A DNA stretch of 64,000 bases from Pseudomonadota bacterium (lineage in GTDB: Bacteria > Babelota > Babeliae > Babelales > CAIQNR01), in NCBI GenBank assembly GCA_027487215.1, contig JAIYDZ010000006.1, positions 209,191-273,190 of the forward strand. Reading direction: 5' to 3'. Of the stretch, positions 8,737 to 20,600 are shown piece after piece. The notes beneath the pieces were generated by a model, which saw only the letters and a list, made by a program, of their open reading frames with translations, was not told where the DNA came from and did not search any database. Numbering within the stretch: position 1 is the stretch's first letter; every line of letters starts with the position of its first letter. A program made the position numbers and the translations under genes.

Positions 8737-11045
8737 CTGATAACTGCTCCTTGTTGTGCAACTGCTTTGTGAGCAGCGCTATAGGCAGCATCAATATCTT
8801 CTTTAGAAAGTGTCTTATTATTGTCTCGCAAACCAAATCGCATAGTGACTGACTTCTGGTCATTCCATTCATCTTTTTTAAAAATATCAACCAGCTGGAC
8901 TTCAAACACGCGTGAATCTGAAGCTTGTAGCGCGCTTGAAAGCTTTTCAACCGTGACTGATAACGGCACCATCATACTGATATCAAGCCAGGTTGATTGG
9001 AATTTAGGAAGTGCTGTAAAAATTTTATCGGGCAGTTCGCTGTTTAAAAGCGCATCGCCATCAATCTCAAAGACACACGCATCACCGCCACCAAGAAGTG
9101 ACATAATTTTCTGTGAAACTTTTGCAATATGTCCCAATGGTGTGCCTGCGTACTCAACGGATGCACACTGATATTTATGCGCCCATGGCACTAATGTATC
9201 TGATTTTTTAAAGGTAACAGGCATCGCTAGTGATTCAAAAAGACCGGTGATCTGTTCTTTGACTTGATAAAAATCAACCGATTTTTTATGAAAGAAAATC
9301 CCTGCAAGACGGCGAGTTTCTTTAACTTGTCCCTTGTGCATTGACCAATCACGCGCCCATTCAAAAAATCTCAAGGTATCATGGTCAGCTGATGAACTAT
9401 GTACGTTTTGCAAAAGATGCGGAACTAAACTGGTAACTAACGTACCGCGTTGTTCTGATAAAGAGTTTGCAAGCGTAACTCCCTCAACAAGATCCCAACA
9501 TATTAATTTTAAGAAATCGTTGTCATAGAGCATGTAATTTTCAACTTCTGACATACCTGCATGAAATGCTAAATACTGCTTTAACTTACGAACCGCAAAG
9601 ACCGATCTGCGTGGCGCTAAACCTGGCTGCAGGCGCGGCAATGAAAGAGGAATATTATCAAATCCATAAAGGCGCAATAACTCTTCAACAATATCTTCAG
9701 CAATGGTTATATCTTTTGATGATCTAAAAGTTGGAACCGTAACTTTGTACTTTTTACCCACGGCTGCAACAGTCATACCAATTGAAGTAAGTGACTTTTT
9801 AATAAATGTAGGAGCAAGTGTAATACCCAGTCGTTGTTCAATAAATTCATGACTTAACTGGATCACCGCTGGTTTTGGTTCTTTACCCAAAGAAACGATT
9901 GTTCCTGAGGTCGTAAACTGAATTTTTTCATCTTTTAAAATTTGTATATATCGCTGTAATGCACGAGTGTTTGCAAGTGGATCTAACGTTTTTTCAAAAC
10001 GGGCTGACGCCTCGGTACGTTGTTTGTGGCGTGTTGCCGTGACACGAATAGTAGTCGCATCAAAATGAGCTGCCTCTATAATAAGACTTTTTGTGAAGGC
10101 TGAAACACCAAAACCTTTACCACCCATTACTCCGGCAAGCGCTAACGGCTTTATGCCATCAGTAATAATCAGGTCGTCCTGAGAAAGTTTTACAGTCGTA
10201 CCATCAAGAAGCTGTAACTCTTGTCCGGTCTTTGCCATCGATGCTTCAAGCGTTGAACCAAACGTAGCTGAATCAAACGCATGCATTGGATGCCCACCAT
10301 CAAGCATCACATAATTAGTTGCATCAACCAGCAGATCAATCGGTTTTGAATTTACACGTAACAAACGTGTTGCCATCCCAATTGATGAGGGACGATTTTG
10401 AATAGAATCAATATAAAGCGCAGCAAAGCGATTACATGCTTTTGGCGCACTATTTTTAAAGGTATACGGAGTTTTTTTGGTTGGTTTAAAGGTAGATGTT
10501 TCTGGTTTAACTGGAACTGCTGCTAAAAGCTCTTTCTCAGGAATAAGGGTCAGCCCAAGCAAGGCCGCAACTTCGCGAGCAAACCCACGATGTCCCCACA
10601 GATCAGGACGATTAGTAATAGACTTATTATCAATATCTAAAATGCAGTCCTCAGTTTCAACCAGCTTTCTCCATCCACCAGCACATACCTTTTTATCTGC
10701 AAAAACTGCGGGAACCAGGCCATCTTTTTGAGCACCCCAGTCAGTACATTGTGACCAAAGAACCTTATCACCCTGTTTTTTGATAAAGTAGACACGCCCT
10801 ACTGTTGCCCCTTCACGGACAGAAAGCGTAAAAGTTTTTTTCCATTCGGTAGATTCAACCGTCACATTCTGCTCATCAACACCAATGACTGTTGCAAGCG
10901 TATAATTACTTACATCAAGGCTTACTGACTCTATACCGTCAATTTCAGCAGTTGAGGAGCTTATCTTTTTTACAATTGCATCAACGCCGACCTTTTTTAA
11001 ATCAGCGCGTATGTGATCGAACATCCACCGTACGGATAATTTCAT
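8733..11045 (-). CDS. pheT: Phenylalanyl-tRNA synthetase beta subunit
   Basis: MKLSVRW, ITNRPDLWGHRGFARE, VDATNYVML..GHPMHAFD, ALAGVMGG, ASARFE, VPTFR..DI, FDX-ACB C-terminus. Confidence 0.95.
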   Translation of the reverse strand: MKLSVRWMFDHIRADLKKVGVDAIVKKISSSTAEIDGIESVSLDVSNYTLATVIGVDEQNVTVESTEWKKTFTLSVREGATVGRVYFIKKQGDKVLWSQCTDWGAQKDGLVPAVFADKKVCAGGWRKLVETEDCILDIDNKSITNRPDLWGHRGFAREVAALLGLTLIPEKELLAAVPVKPETSTFKPTKKTPYTFKNSAPKACNRFAALYIDSIQNRPSSIGMATRLLRVNSKPIDLLVDATNYVMLDGGHPMHAFDSATFGSTLEASMAKTGQELQLLDGTTVKLSQDDLIITDGIKPLALAGVMGGKGFGVSAFTKSLIIEAAHFDATTIRVTATRHKQRTEASARFEKTLDPLANTRALQRYIQILKDEKIQFTTSGTIVSLGKEPKPAVIQLSHEFIEQRLGITLAPTFIKKSLTSIGMTVAAVGKKYKVTVPTFRSSKDITIAEDIVEELLRLYGFDNIPLSLPRLQPGLAPRRSVFAVRKLKQYLAFHAGMSEVENYMLYDNDFLKLICWDLVEGVTLANSLSEQRGTLVTSLVPHLLQNVHSSSADHDTLRFFEWARDWSMHKGQVKETRRLAGIFFHKKSVDFYQVKEQITGLFESLAMPVTFKKSDTLVPWAHKYQCASVEYAGTPLGHIAKVSQKIMSLLGGGDACVFEIDGDALLNSELPDKIFTALPKFQSTWLDISMMVPLSVTVEKLSSALQASDSRVFEVQLVDIFKKDEWNDQKSVTMRFGLRDNNKTLSKEDIDAAYSAAHKAVAQQGAVIR

Positions 11046-11677
11046 AGCATTATACCTTTTAATAAGCTTACACAGGGCCTGACAGAAGCATACGGGAATT
11101 TAGAAAAATCTGCAATTGTGCCAATTTGCACGCATTACAATAATTCCTTTATCGATTTAAAAATCTTTTCTAAATTTAGATCTTTGTGGATTCTACTTAT
11201 TTTTTTACAACTTTTTTATTTTGACTTCTAGCTAGAAAATTTCTACCCACACCGACCCAAAAAGGTCTTTTTTACTATACGTGTGCACTTCAGGCTTATG
11301 TAAACTTTTTACACACAATTTGCTTTTAACAACTCAGATAGTTTCAGTTTATATCCGTAGCCATAGACTGATTAATCGACTCTTACTGTTAATTTTTAAA
11401 AAGATTATGAATTGAAGATAATTAAATTAAAATATTTTATCAGGTTAAATTAAGCCTGAAAAGACCTTTCAATAACTGTTAATACCAATTTAAGCGTACA
11501 TTAAAATTATTAAAAAAGTTAACAATCTTTAATAAGCTCTGAAAAACCTTAAAACTACAATCAATTAATAAGCATAGTCGCATTAAACAGACTTTATACA
11601 TTTTTGTAAAGTCGTGACAAAGTCTTAAAAATATATAATAATCAATATTATTAATTATATTTTATAAAGGAAAAACA

Positions 11678-12031
11678 ATGAAAAAACTGTTACTTGTTGC
11701 TTCAATTTTAACCATTAATTTTCCAGTATTTTGTGCTGAAAGTAATCCAACATTGACTGATGAAGAATTAAGAACAATGCTAGCTGGCACAATTAAACTG
11801 ATAGATCGCAATGAAGAAGTACTACTTATCAACACACCTATTAATCCAACCACTGAAGACTCTTATGTAGTGGTAGATAAAGAAGATGAGAAAGAGGTAA
11901 TAGAACCGATTTGCTTTAATGATCCAAAAGATGCTGCAGTTGTTTTTGTTGGCGCACAAGTTCAAGAGGGCAATTATTGTGTTACTGAAAATGGCAATTT
12001 TAAACCGGTAACTAAAGAATCTGATAAATAA
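11678..12031 (+). CDS. Small secreted hypothetical protein
   Basis: AAAGGA RBS; signal peptide MKKLLLVASILTINFPVFCA. Confidence 0.7.
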   Translation: MKKLLLVASILTINFPVFCAESNPTLTDEELRTMLAGTIKLIDRNEEVLLINTPINPTTEDSYVVVDKEDEKEVIEPICFNDPKDAAVVFVGAQVQEGNYCVTENGNFKPVTKESDK

Positions 12032-12036
12032 ACTAA

Positions 12037-12118
12037 TAGAGTGTACATATTTTTTAATATTAATTCATGATAGTTAAAAAAACACCATCAAGTGTTATCA
12101 GAAAATATGTACACTCTA
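12037..12118. repeat. 17-bp perfect inverted repeat with 48-nt spacer
   Basis: TAGAGTGTACATATTTT (12037-12053) / AAAATATGTACACTCTA (12102-12118). Confidence 0.85.
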
Positions 12119-12318
12119 ACTATAAACACTCAGTCTATACGTTTTTAAACTATTTAATTAATTCTATTACACCCCCATGATAATTTTTTACTTAGAACTA
12201 CATACAAAATTAGAACAGCCACATCAAAATTTATGCGATTAAATATAAAAAATTATCAAGAAAATTTTACCTTATGATAAAATTTTTAAAAGAATTTTAA
12301 TCTTTTTAAAAGGCGACC

Positions 12319-13233
12319 ATGGGAATAATTCTTCTTTATTACAAATACGTCGATATTGCTGATCTTGAACTTATTGCAAAATGGCAAAAAAAGCTGTGTA
12401 AGTCTTTGGAGCTGACCGGCAGAATCATTCTTGCACAAGAGGGCATCAACGGAACGGTAGGAGGATCGCAAGAAGCAACTGACGCTTATATTGCAGCCAT
12501 GGAAGCTCATCCGCTCTTTGGGGGCATCGATTTTAAAACTGCACCGGGCGATAATAACTATTTTCCCCGCATGCGTATCGTTGTTAAAAATGAGATTGTA
12601 AACCTAGGGCTTGATACTCAAAAAGTAAAAGCTGTCGATGGTGGAATCCATTTAACTCCTGAACAAGCGCACGAACTCATGAATAATTCGCCAGAAGATT
12701 TGGTTATTCTTGATGCACGCAATAATTACGAGTCACGCATTGGCACTTTTAAAGGTTCATTAACTCCTGATATTGAAAATTTTAGAGATTTTCCTGAGTA
12801 TGTTGATAAAAATTTAGAAACGTTTAAAGACAAAAAAGTTCTCATGCACTGCACCGGCGGAATCCGTTGCGAACGTGCGTCTACGTACCTTAAACAAAAG
12901 GGTGTCGCTCAAGAAGTGTATCAAATTGAAGGTGGCATTCATCGTTATGTTGAAAAGTTTCCTGAAGGACATTTTCGTGGGTCAAACTATGTGTTTGATG
13001 CGCGTATTGCCCAAAAAATTAATGATGATATTTTAAGTCACTGCGATTTGTGCAAAATACCGTGTGATCATTACACTAACTGTGTAAACGCTCGCTGTAA
13101 CAAACAGTTTCTTGCGTGTCCTGCATGCATCACAACATACCAAGAATGTTGTGGTAAAGAATGTTTTGATTTGGTACAAGCTGGCAAAACTGTTATTCGC
13201 AAAAAACCTCTCAGACCTCATCTTCACGCTTAA
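12319..13233 (+). CDS. trhO: tRNA uridine(34) hydroxylase TrhO (YceA, rhodanese domain)
   Basis: LYYKY, GRIILAQEGINGTVGG, DARNNYESRIGTF, CTGGIRCE, GGIHRY, YVFDAR, Cys-rich C-terminus. Confidence 0.92.
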   Translation: MGIILLYYKYVDIADLELIAKWQKKLCKSLELTGRIILAQEGINGTVGGSQEATDAYIAAMEAHPLFGGIDFKTAPGDNNYFPRMRIVVKNEIVNLGLDTQKVKAVDGGIHLTPEQAHELMNNSPEDLVILDARNNYESRIGTFKGSLTPDIENFRDFPEYVDKNLETFKDKKVLMHCTGGIRCERASTYLKQKGVAQEVYQIEGGIHRYVEKFPEGHFRGSNYVFDARIAQKINDDILSHCDLCKIPCDHYTNCVNARCNKQFLACPACITTYQECCGKECFDLVQAGKTVIRKKPLRPHLHA

Positions 13234-13249
13234 GCAAGAAAGGGACGTG

Positions 13250-14203
13250 ATGAAACTTATGATCCAAGAAGATGTTTCGCTTAAAGATAAAGTATGGTTC
13301 CGCACTGGCGGCAACGCGCGTTATTTTTGTGAACCCCTTACCGTTCAAGAGTTTCAAGAAGCGTTTCAGTTTGCACACACTCATAACTTACAAGTGTTTG
13401 TGTTAGGGCATGGTGCAAACGTTTTGGTTTCTGATGAAGGATTTGATGGACTTATTATCCATCCCAAAAAAGGTTCTCTTTCTATGAGTGAGCACTCTGA
13501 TGATTTTGCATTAGTCACTGCTGATGCAGGTGTTTTGATGGAAGAGGCTATTAAGTTCACGCTTGATAATGGACTTACTGGATTTGAAGTGTTTAGCAGT
13601 ATTCCAGGAAGCATTGGCGGATCAGCATTTATTAATCTCCATTACTTTGATGCACTCATGAGTCACTTTCTTGTACACGCTCAAGTTATTGAACGTGAGA
13701 CTGGAAAATTGCTGACTGTTGATAATGCATGGTTTGAGTTTGGATACAATCAATCAAAATTAATGGAACGCAAACATATTCTTATCAATGCAACGTTTAA
13801 ACTTAAAAAAAGCACTGATGTAGAAGTTGCGTTTGCACGTGGACGCAGTATGGAAATTTCCCGTCACAGACTTTCACGTTATCCGCATGCTTACACCTGT
13901 GGAAGCTTTTTTAGAAACTTTCATCCTGATGAAGTTACGTTAGTAAAAAATGGTAAAAAAATTATTTGGGTTGCCTATTATCTTGATAAAATCGGCGTTA
14001 AAGGGGCACTTTCAGTCGGTGGCGTTCAAGTTTCTTATCAACATGCAAACATGCTGGTAAGCAGCGATCAAGCAACCTCAACCGATATTGTTAACCTTGC
14101 GCGCACAATGCAAGAAATGGTCAAAGCTGAATTTGGCATAATACCCCAACCAGAATGTATCTTTGTAGGATTTAAAGAACACCCTCTCCATCTGACATCA
14201 TAA
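13250..14203 (+). CDS. murB: UDP-N-acetylenolpyruvoylglucosamine reductase
   Basis: FRTGGNA, VLGHGANVL.SDEG, IPGSIGG, CGSFFRN, VS..HANML, ...PE; ATG 13250 after the trhO stop. Confidence 0.92.
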   Translation: MKLMIQEDVSLKDKVWFRTGGNARYFCEPLTVQEFQEAFQFAHTHNLQVFVLGHGANVLVSDEGFDGLIIHPKKGSLSMSEHSDDFALVTADAGVLMEEAIKFTLDNGLTGFEVFSSIPGSIGGSAFINLHYFDALMSHFLVHAQVIERETGKLLTVDNAWFEFGYNQSKLMERKHILINATFKLKKSTDVEVAFARGRSMEISRHRLSRYPHAYTCGSFFRNFHPDEVTLVKNGKKIIWVAYYLDKIGVKGALSVGGVQVSYQHANMLVSSDQATSTDIVNLARTMQEMVKAEFGIIPQPECIFVGFKEHPLHLTS

Positions 14204-14231
14204 CTAAAAGAAAAGAGATCTTAAATTCTTA

Positions 14232-14681
14232 TTATGTTTGTTTGGCAAGATTCTCTAAGGTTTTTATTGTACACTGATTTATTGATTCCTGAAATTCTGG
14301 GGATTTAACAATTGGTTCAAACTTATCTGCATGACCAATTACAGAATACATATTCATCATAAACTCTTGAGCGTCCTTATTGCTTATCTGCTTACCTTCT
14401 TGTACCTGTTTTAAGAGCTCTGCCGCTTTTTCTTTCATGTTTCCCAACACTTGAGGCATTACCGATGCCCATACTTTTTTAATTGCTGGATGATTTTCGA
14501 GCATGTGTTGATAACACTGATTTAAAACGTCTGAAACTAATAAAAAAGCTTCTTTATCCAAATCTGTTTTGGGAGCGTTTTTGCCCAAAGGCAAATTCGC
14601 CAAAAGACTATCAACACAAAGAACTGTTGATTGAAATGAGATACCAGTCATAAAGATTAATAACCATATGTTTTTTTTCAT
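14232..14681 (-). CDS. Small secreted helical protein directly downstream of the giant ORF
   Basis: 13-bp gap, AAGGGG RBS, signal peptide MKKNIWLLIFMTGISFQSTVLC. Confidence 0.75.
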   Translation of the reverse strand: MKKNIWLLIFMTGISFQSTVLCVDSLLANLPLGKNAPKTDLDKEAFLLVSDVLNQCYQHMLENHPAIKKVWASVMPQVLGNMKEKAAELLKQVQEGKQISNKDAQEFMMNMYSVIGHADKFEPIVKSPEFQESINQCTIKTLENLAKQT

Positions 14682-14694
14682 TATAATCCCCTTA

Positions 14695-17600
14695 TTACTT
14701 TACCGGTGTAATAAAATTTTTAATAACTTGGTCAGAAATCTTGAAATTACCAGACTCTTTAAATTTAAACATTTCATCTCTGAAAGTTTTAATAAAATCT
14801 AAAGAGTCGCCCAAATCACTTAAATACTTATTAAAACTAGCAAAAATTGGTGGCCCCTCAGCTGTTCGTGTTGCCATATCAACATACGTACCAAATTGCC
14901 TTACAGTAATAGTATCTAAATATTGACTGACTGCTTTTTGAATTTCATCAGCAGTAGGATTAACAACTTTTTGTTTATCTAATGCTAAACCTACGAGTTC
15001 TGTTTCAAACCTTTCACGAATCAATCTAGTCTGAAATTGTTTTAATGAATCGATATTATTAACATCTACTACTACATTTTTTAATCCATACTGTTTAGTC
15101 AACGTTTCAACCTCAGCCTTTAAAGCTTCCTTTACTTTAACCGGATCTTTAGCTTTTGATGCTGCTTCTTGCGCTGCTTTTTGAGCTGTAAGTTCTGCAG
15201 CTTCTTTTTCGGCTTTCTGAGCAGCTTGTTTAACTGCAACATCTGCAGCTTCTTTTTCTTTAACTAAAAACTGAGTAATCTCATCAGGGCTACTTAAGCT
15301 GTTTAATTGTTGTATTCGAGTTACATCATTTTTTAGTTGACTGACAAGTTCTGCATTATGTCTTTGTAAAGCTGCAGCTGTACTTGAATTTTTGGCAAGA
15401 TTGGTACTAATGTCAGTATCAAGTTTCGTAAGAACTTGAGGGTCTAAAACATCTATTTTAAGTTCTGGAGTTAGTCCTTGTACTTTTTCTAAATGCTCTT
15501 GAACTCTTTGTAGTAAATTTTTTATCTCTTGATGATCTTTAAGAGCACCTGTAACTACTATTAAATTTTGAGAGGGCCTGCCACTAATAACAAGCGGTTG
15601 GGGAAGCTTAGCAGCAGCCTGTTTTGCTGCCGTCTCTGCTAGTTCTTTTGCCACTTTATCAGCAGCTTCTTGTGCCGCTTTTTTTGCAGCCAGATCAGCG
15701 AAAAACTTATTGATGTCTGGTGATTGGTGTGCTTCGCGTAAAATATAAAGATCATCTTTTAATCCACTTAATGTGGTAAATATTTGCTTCTGCTGTTGAG
15801 GATTTATTCTAAGTAGTTCTAATTCTTTGGTCATAATAGTATCTAATGCTTCAAATGCACTCGGCTCTAAAGGATTAATTTTTGCTGCAAGCAAACTACT
15901 TTTTTGAGCTGCTGAATGACCTACAGTTTTAATAAATGCTGCCTGCATTTTACCTATTTTACCGTCAATAGTTTCTAACACAGAAACCATGCCTGGATGA
16001 TCTGTTGCTAAAGTACCAGGAACTACAACCACATTTTGTAATTGTCTTACTTTTCCCTCTACAGTCATAATCTTAATTGGTTGTGGAAGCTTTGCAGCCT
16101 CTTGAGCTGCCTTTGTTTGGGCTGCTTCTGCTGTTTCTTTTGCAAGTTTTTGTGCCACTTCTTGTTCAGCTTTTAAAACCGCTCCAATATCCTCAGCTTT
16201 ATTTAAAATTTGTAAGCGTTCTACATCTTTTTGTAGTTGTGGCATCAAATCATCCACAACTTTTTTAATTGAAGAATCTTTTATAAGAGCAGTCTCTGTT
16301 GATAATTTACTTAATGCTTTTGGATCAAGAGGATCAATTTTGAATCCGCTACCATCAAATACTTTACGACCATTGCCAGCCATAATTTGATCAACGGTAT
16401 TTCTTCCTACCAAACTATCTCGGTTAACCCATCCTTCAATTGTCTTTAATTTTGTATTAACCTCACCCAATGTTTTAATAATTTCTTGATGGTCTTTGAT
16501 AACAGCTCCATTAGAAGGAAGTATGTTGTCATAGGTTGTTCCTTTAAGTGTCAATGACTGTTGTGCTGGTTTAACTGAAGCCTCTACTGGTTTTACTGTA
16601 ACAACTTCAATTGGAGCCGGTTTTGCAGCTTGTTCTGGAACGTTTGCAGGTTTTACCGTTGGAACTTCAGAAGTAACAGGTTTTGCGGATGTAGAATTAT
16701 TTACTGATTGTTTTGGTGTTTGAGCTGGTTGTTTTTCTAATGAAGTCGAGGTTTGACCATTATTAACTGGTTCTACTCCTGGACGTTTAACATCTGGAGT
16801 TTCTGCTTTTTTGCGAACAGTTGGTTGTTTTGAATAATTTTTTTTGTAATTTGCAAGTTGTTTTTCATGCAAAACTTTCATTTTTGGATTAAATTCTTCA
16901 AGCATAAATTTAACATCGGATTCTTCAATTCCCATTTTTTCAAAAAGCTTTGAATTACCTCTTAAATAATTTTCATCAAACCCAAAGTCAATTCCTTCTT
17001 TAGTAGATCTTCTTTCAAACGAAAATACAGCATTATACTTGACAATATCTTCTTCTAATTCTTTAATTAAACCCTCCATTAAATCTTTATAAAATTTTTC
17101 TGTTGATGCTTTATTTATAAATTCTTCAACTGTTTGAGCAATAGTTGCCTGACCTGGAGTATTTGACAATTGCGTTTTAATCAACTTTTGAATCTTAACA
17201 TTAAGACCTAGGTCAAAAAGTTGCTCCGAAAGAGGTTTACCATTAAGAACAATTGTGGGGAGACTCTGAGGATCAGCACCATATTGAAGTAAAAGATTTC
17301 GTATACTTCTAACTTTAATATCTTGTAGCTTTTCCGTTAGTTGTGTAAATTTAGCAGCATCTTCTCCAGATAAACCGTTAATTAAATTCTTTCCAGAATT
17401 ATCCTTGAATAAGTTTTTAAACTTGTCTTTTACTCTTGTAAAAAAACTTTTTGATGACTCATTTTTTGGCACACCTGGGTCATATATAGAACCATCACTT
17501 GCTGCATAGATAGATTTTTGAGGTCTAAGCTTATTAAGTTCTTCTGAAAAAGGTCCTAGAATAGGAGGTTCTTTAGAACCTCCTATTGGCACCTCTTGTC

Positions 17601-20600
17601 TACCTCCAAAATGTACTTTTCTGTCAGTAGTAGTAGGGGTACCGCTGCTTTTAACGGGTTCAAATCGAGTGCTTTGATCATTGATTCTTACTACGTTATT
17701 ATTAGGTTGTTCACTCATAGTTTTAAATCCTGCAACTTGATCTTTTCCAACTTGTCCTAATTTTTTTGGAGGAATTTTCATATCGTTCCGAGAAACACCT
17801 CCAAATCCTTCGGCACGTCCTAGTCGAATGTCATCTCGATCAGGAAGTTTTACTGGCGGTTGAGCAGGACGATCTGTTACAGGCTTAGGTTCAGGTGATT
17901 GAGGTAGAACTTCGGTCAATGGGTTACCAACTGATTCAAATTCTCCTGTAGAGTTTTTTAAAGCCTGTGTCACAGTTTGATTGCTTTTGTTAACATCTGT
18001 AACAGTAGTAGTAGAAAATCTTTCTTCTAAAGCCTTTGATGTATTGTAATTTTGATCTCCTAATGTAAATCTCTGTACTGCTTCTCTATACGTTGGGTCA
18101 GTATTTTCATTTATAATTTCCTTAAAGCTTTTGTGCTTAACAATGGTAGCTTTTTGCTCAGCTATACCAGAAAGAGATTCTCTTAAAGCTTTCGAGTCCT
18201 TGTTCGTTGAGGTTTTAATGTGTTGTACAATGGTATTTAAAGCTTCATCGGTTTGAACCTGTGCTGTTTGTAATTCTTTAACGAGCTTAGCTGGAGGATT
18301 ATCCTCTAAAAATGTTTGTAATAAAGTTTGATTATTATTTCCAATTCCTTTACCGCTTAAAGCCTCCTCTAATTCTTTCCATTTTTTATTTTTAAGATGA
18401 GCTTTTATTTCACCACTGAAGTTAAGTCCTTCAGGGATTTTCTTAAAATGTTCTCTCAAGATATCATCAGGTAATTCTAATTTTGATGCTGCTTTTATTG
18501 ACGATTGATCTACACCCAATACTTTCATTTGCTTAACAAAATCATCTTCTTTCAATAAACTTCTAACTTTTTGATATAAATCGTCTTCAAAAAACTGTGC
18601 CTTTAATACTTCAAAGTCAATGCTTTTTAATTGAGTTACAAAATCCCCAATTCTGTCTAACCCCGCTAATTCTCGAACCTGTTCGACCAATAAGCCGAAC
18701 TTTTCCTGACCAACCTCTGCGGTTGACTGATTTAATCTTCTAAGAGCTGAAGAATCAAGAGGATTAGTTGCTGAAGTTGCAGCTTCCACAGAGCTTAGTG
18801 TCCTATCTTTTTCAAAGAAAATAGTTCTATCTTCAGGAAGTGCTTTTTTACTAGATATCTGAGGACTTTTTCTCAGCTCTTGATTATAGGCAAAAGCATG
18901 AGGATTATCTGCCTTAGTAGGTACCACACCTGTTACAGACAAAGGTTCTTCCATAACAACTTTAATACTGCCGCCCTCTGTCTTGGTAAGAATAAGGTCT
19001 GCATTATTTTGAAAAACTTTAACGTCAGAGTTTTGAGCAATCTGTGCTGATGACTTTTTGGGATTAATTTTTTGCTTGAATCTTTCAAACCACGATAAAG
19101 GTTTTTCTTGAGGTAAGGATTTTTTTTGACCCACAGGTTCGCTTGATGCAATTTTGCTTGGTGCAGGGTTTGATTGATTAATAGCACTATTAACTTTTTG
19201 ATACTCTGTAAATAAAGCGTTTAAATCTTCTGGAAGATTATGTTTTTTTATAAAAGATGCAATGTCGTCCTTAGTTTTTAAAATACTTTCACCTTTTTCA
19301 TTGGTTCCCAGTTGCCTAAAGAAATCTAATGCATCATCAACTTCTTTTTGATAACGAGTCAGCGCACTAAAATTCTCTCCCTGTTGATCAATTGTTTCGA
19401 AAAACTCAGAAAGTTTTCCGGTAAACCCTTCTTTCTTTGCCAAATCAACCAACTTCTGATCAATAAGGGCATTTCTAAGATTTTCAATTGAATCTACATT
19501 CTTAATAAAATCATCTGCTGTTTGTAAGTCATAAATCTTCTTAAGATCATCTGAAACCTGATATTTCGTAATAAGTTCTTCAAATTTAGTTTTACGCAGT
19601 GTATCTATCTGTTTTTGTAAATTACGCAATTTCATTTCCTGTCCAGCAGTAGGAATTTCATCTAAGAAAGCAAGAGGTGGTTTCTCTCCGATTTTTATTG
19701 GATCGGTTTGCGTATTTGGTCCCTCTTTGGGTGCAGTAGTAGTTTCAACTTTTTTTCCACCACTGGTTGGCCCGTCAATGTTATTTCCTACAGAAGGATT
19801 ATCAAGTGTTGTTTGATTAGGTAGACTATTGGAAGGTTTTACAGATTTTTCTGCTAATAAAGTCGGCGACGCTGGACTATTATCAACTGGTTTTACTGAT
19901 GTTTTTGATTCGACAAAACTTTTTTGTAGTGCTTCATACGCTCCATAGTCTTTTTCATTAAACATTTTCTGGAAAGCTAGTAACTCCTCCTCAGGAATTA
20001 CCTCTTTATTAACTTTACGTGCTTTTAATTTTTTAAGTGCTTTTTTTACGTCAGGATTTTTGATTTGTTCTGGTTTAATATCAAGAGAGCGCACTTTTTC
20101 ACCAAAAGCTTTTTCCAGAGTATCATCAAATTCATCTAAAGGATCCAAAGCAGATGGTTTAGAATTTTTTGGTAAACTTTTTGCCCTTTTTGATTGCTCT
20201 AATAGGTTTTTTGCTCGGCTATGAATTTCTTCAGGTGTTAAAGGGGTATCCTTAATAATGCTACTATTTTCGCGCGCCACAAGATCTGATCTTAATTTAT
20301 CATAAAGAGCTCGATCTTGAGGATCAATTGTATCGGCTAAAGCGTTTTGATAAGCTGCTCTTCTACCAGCTTGCTCAGCAATTTCCTTTGCGAATAGTTC
20401 AACAGCCTCTTCTACTACTTCTTCACCTACCTGCTCTATGATTTCTTTTGATCCTTTAGAAACTCCTGCTTCAGCTGTATTTTGTGTTGCTTCTCGTAAA
20501 AGTTGTTGAGCTCTTTGTGCGATTTCAGAATTAATTCGCATCGCTGATTTTTTAGTAAGACTCTCACTAGTTTCTTGAGTTATTAGTGCTGAGGCTTTGA

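Noticed and set aside
13112-13249. Long trhO/murB overlap from the ORF track
   Set aside because: MurB homology starts near ATG 13250, which has an RBS; the extension is a calling artefact.
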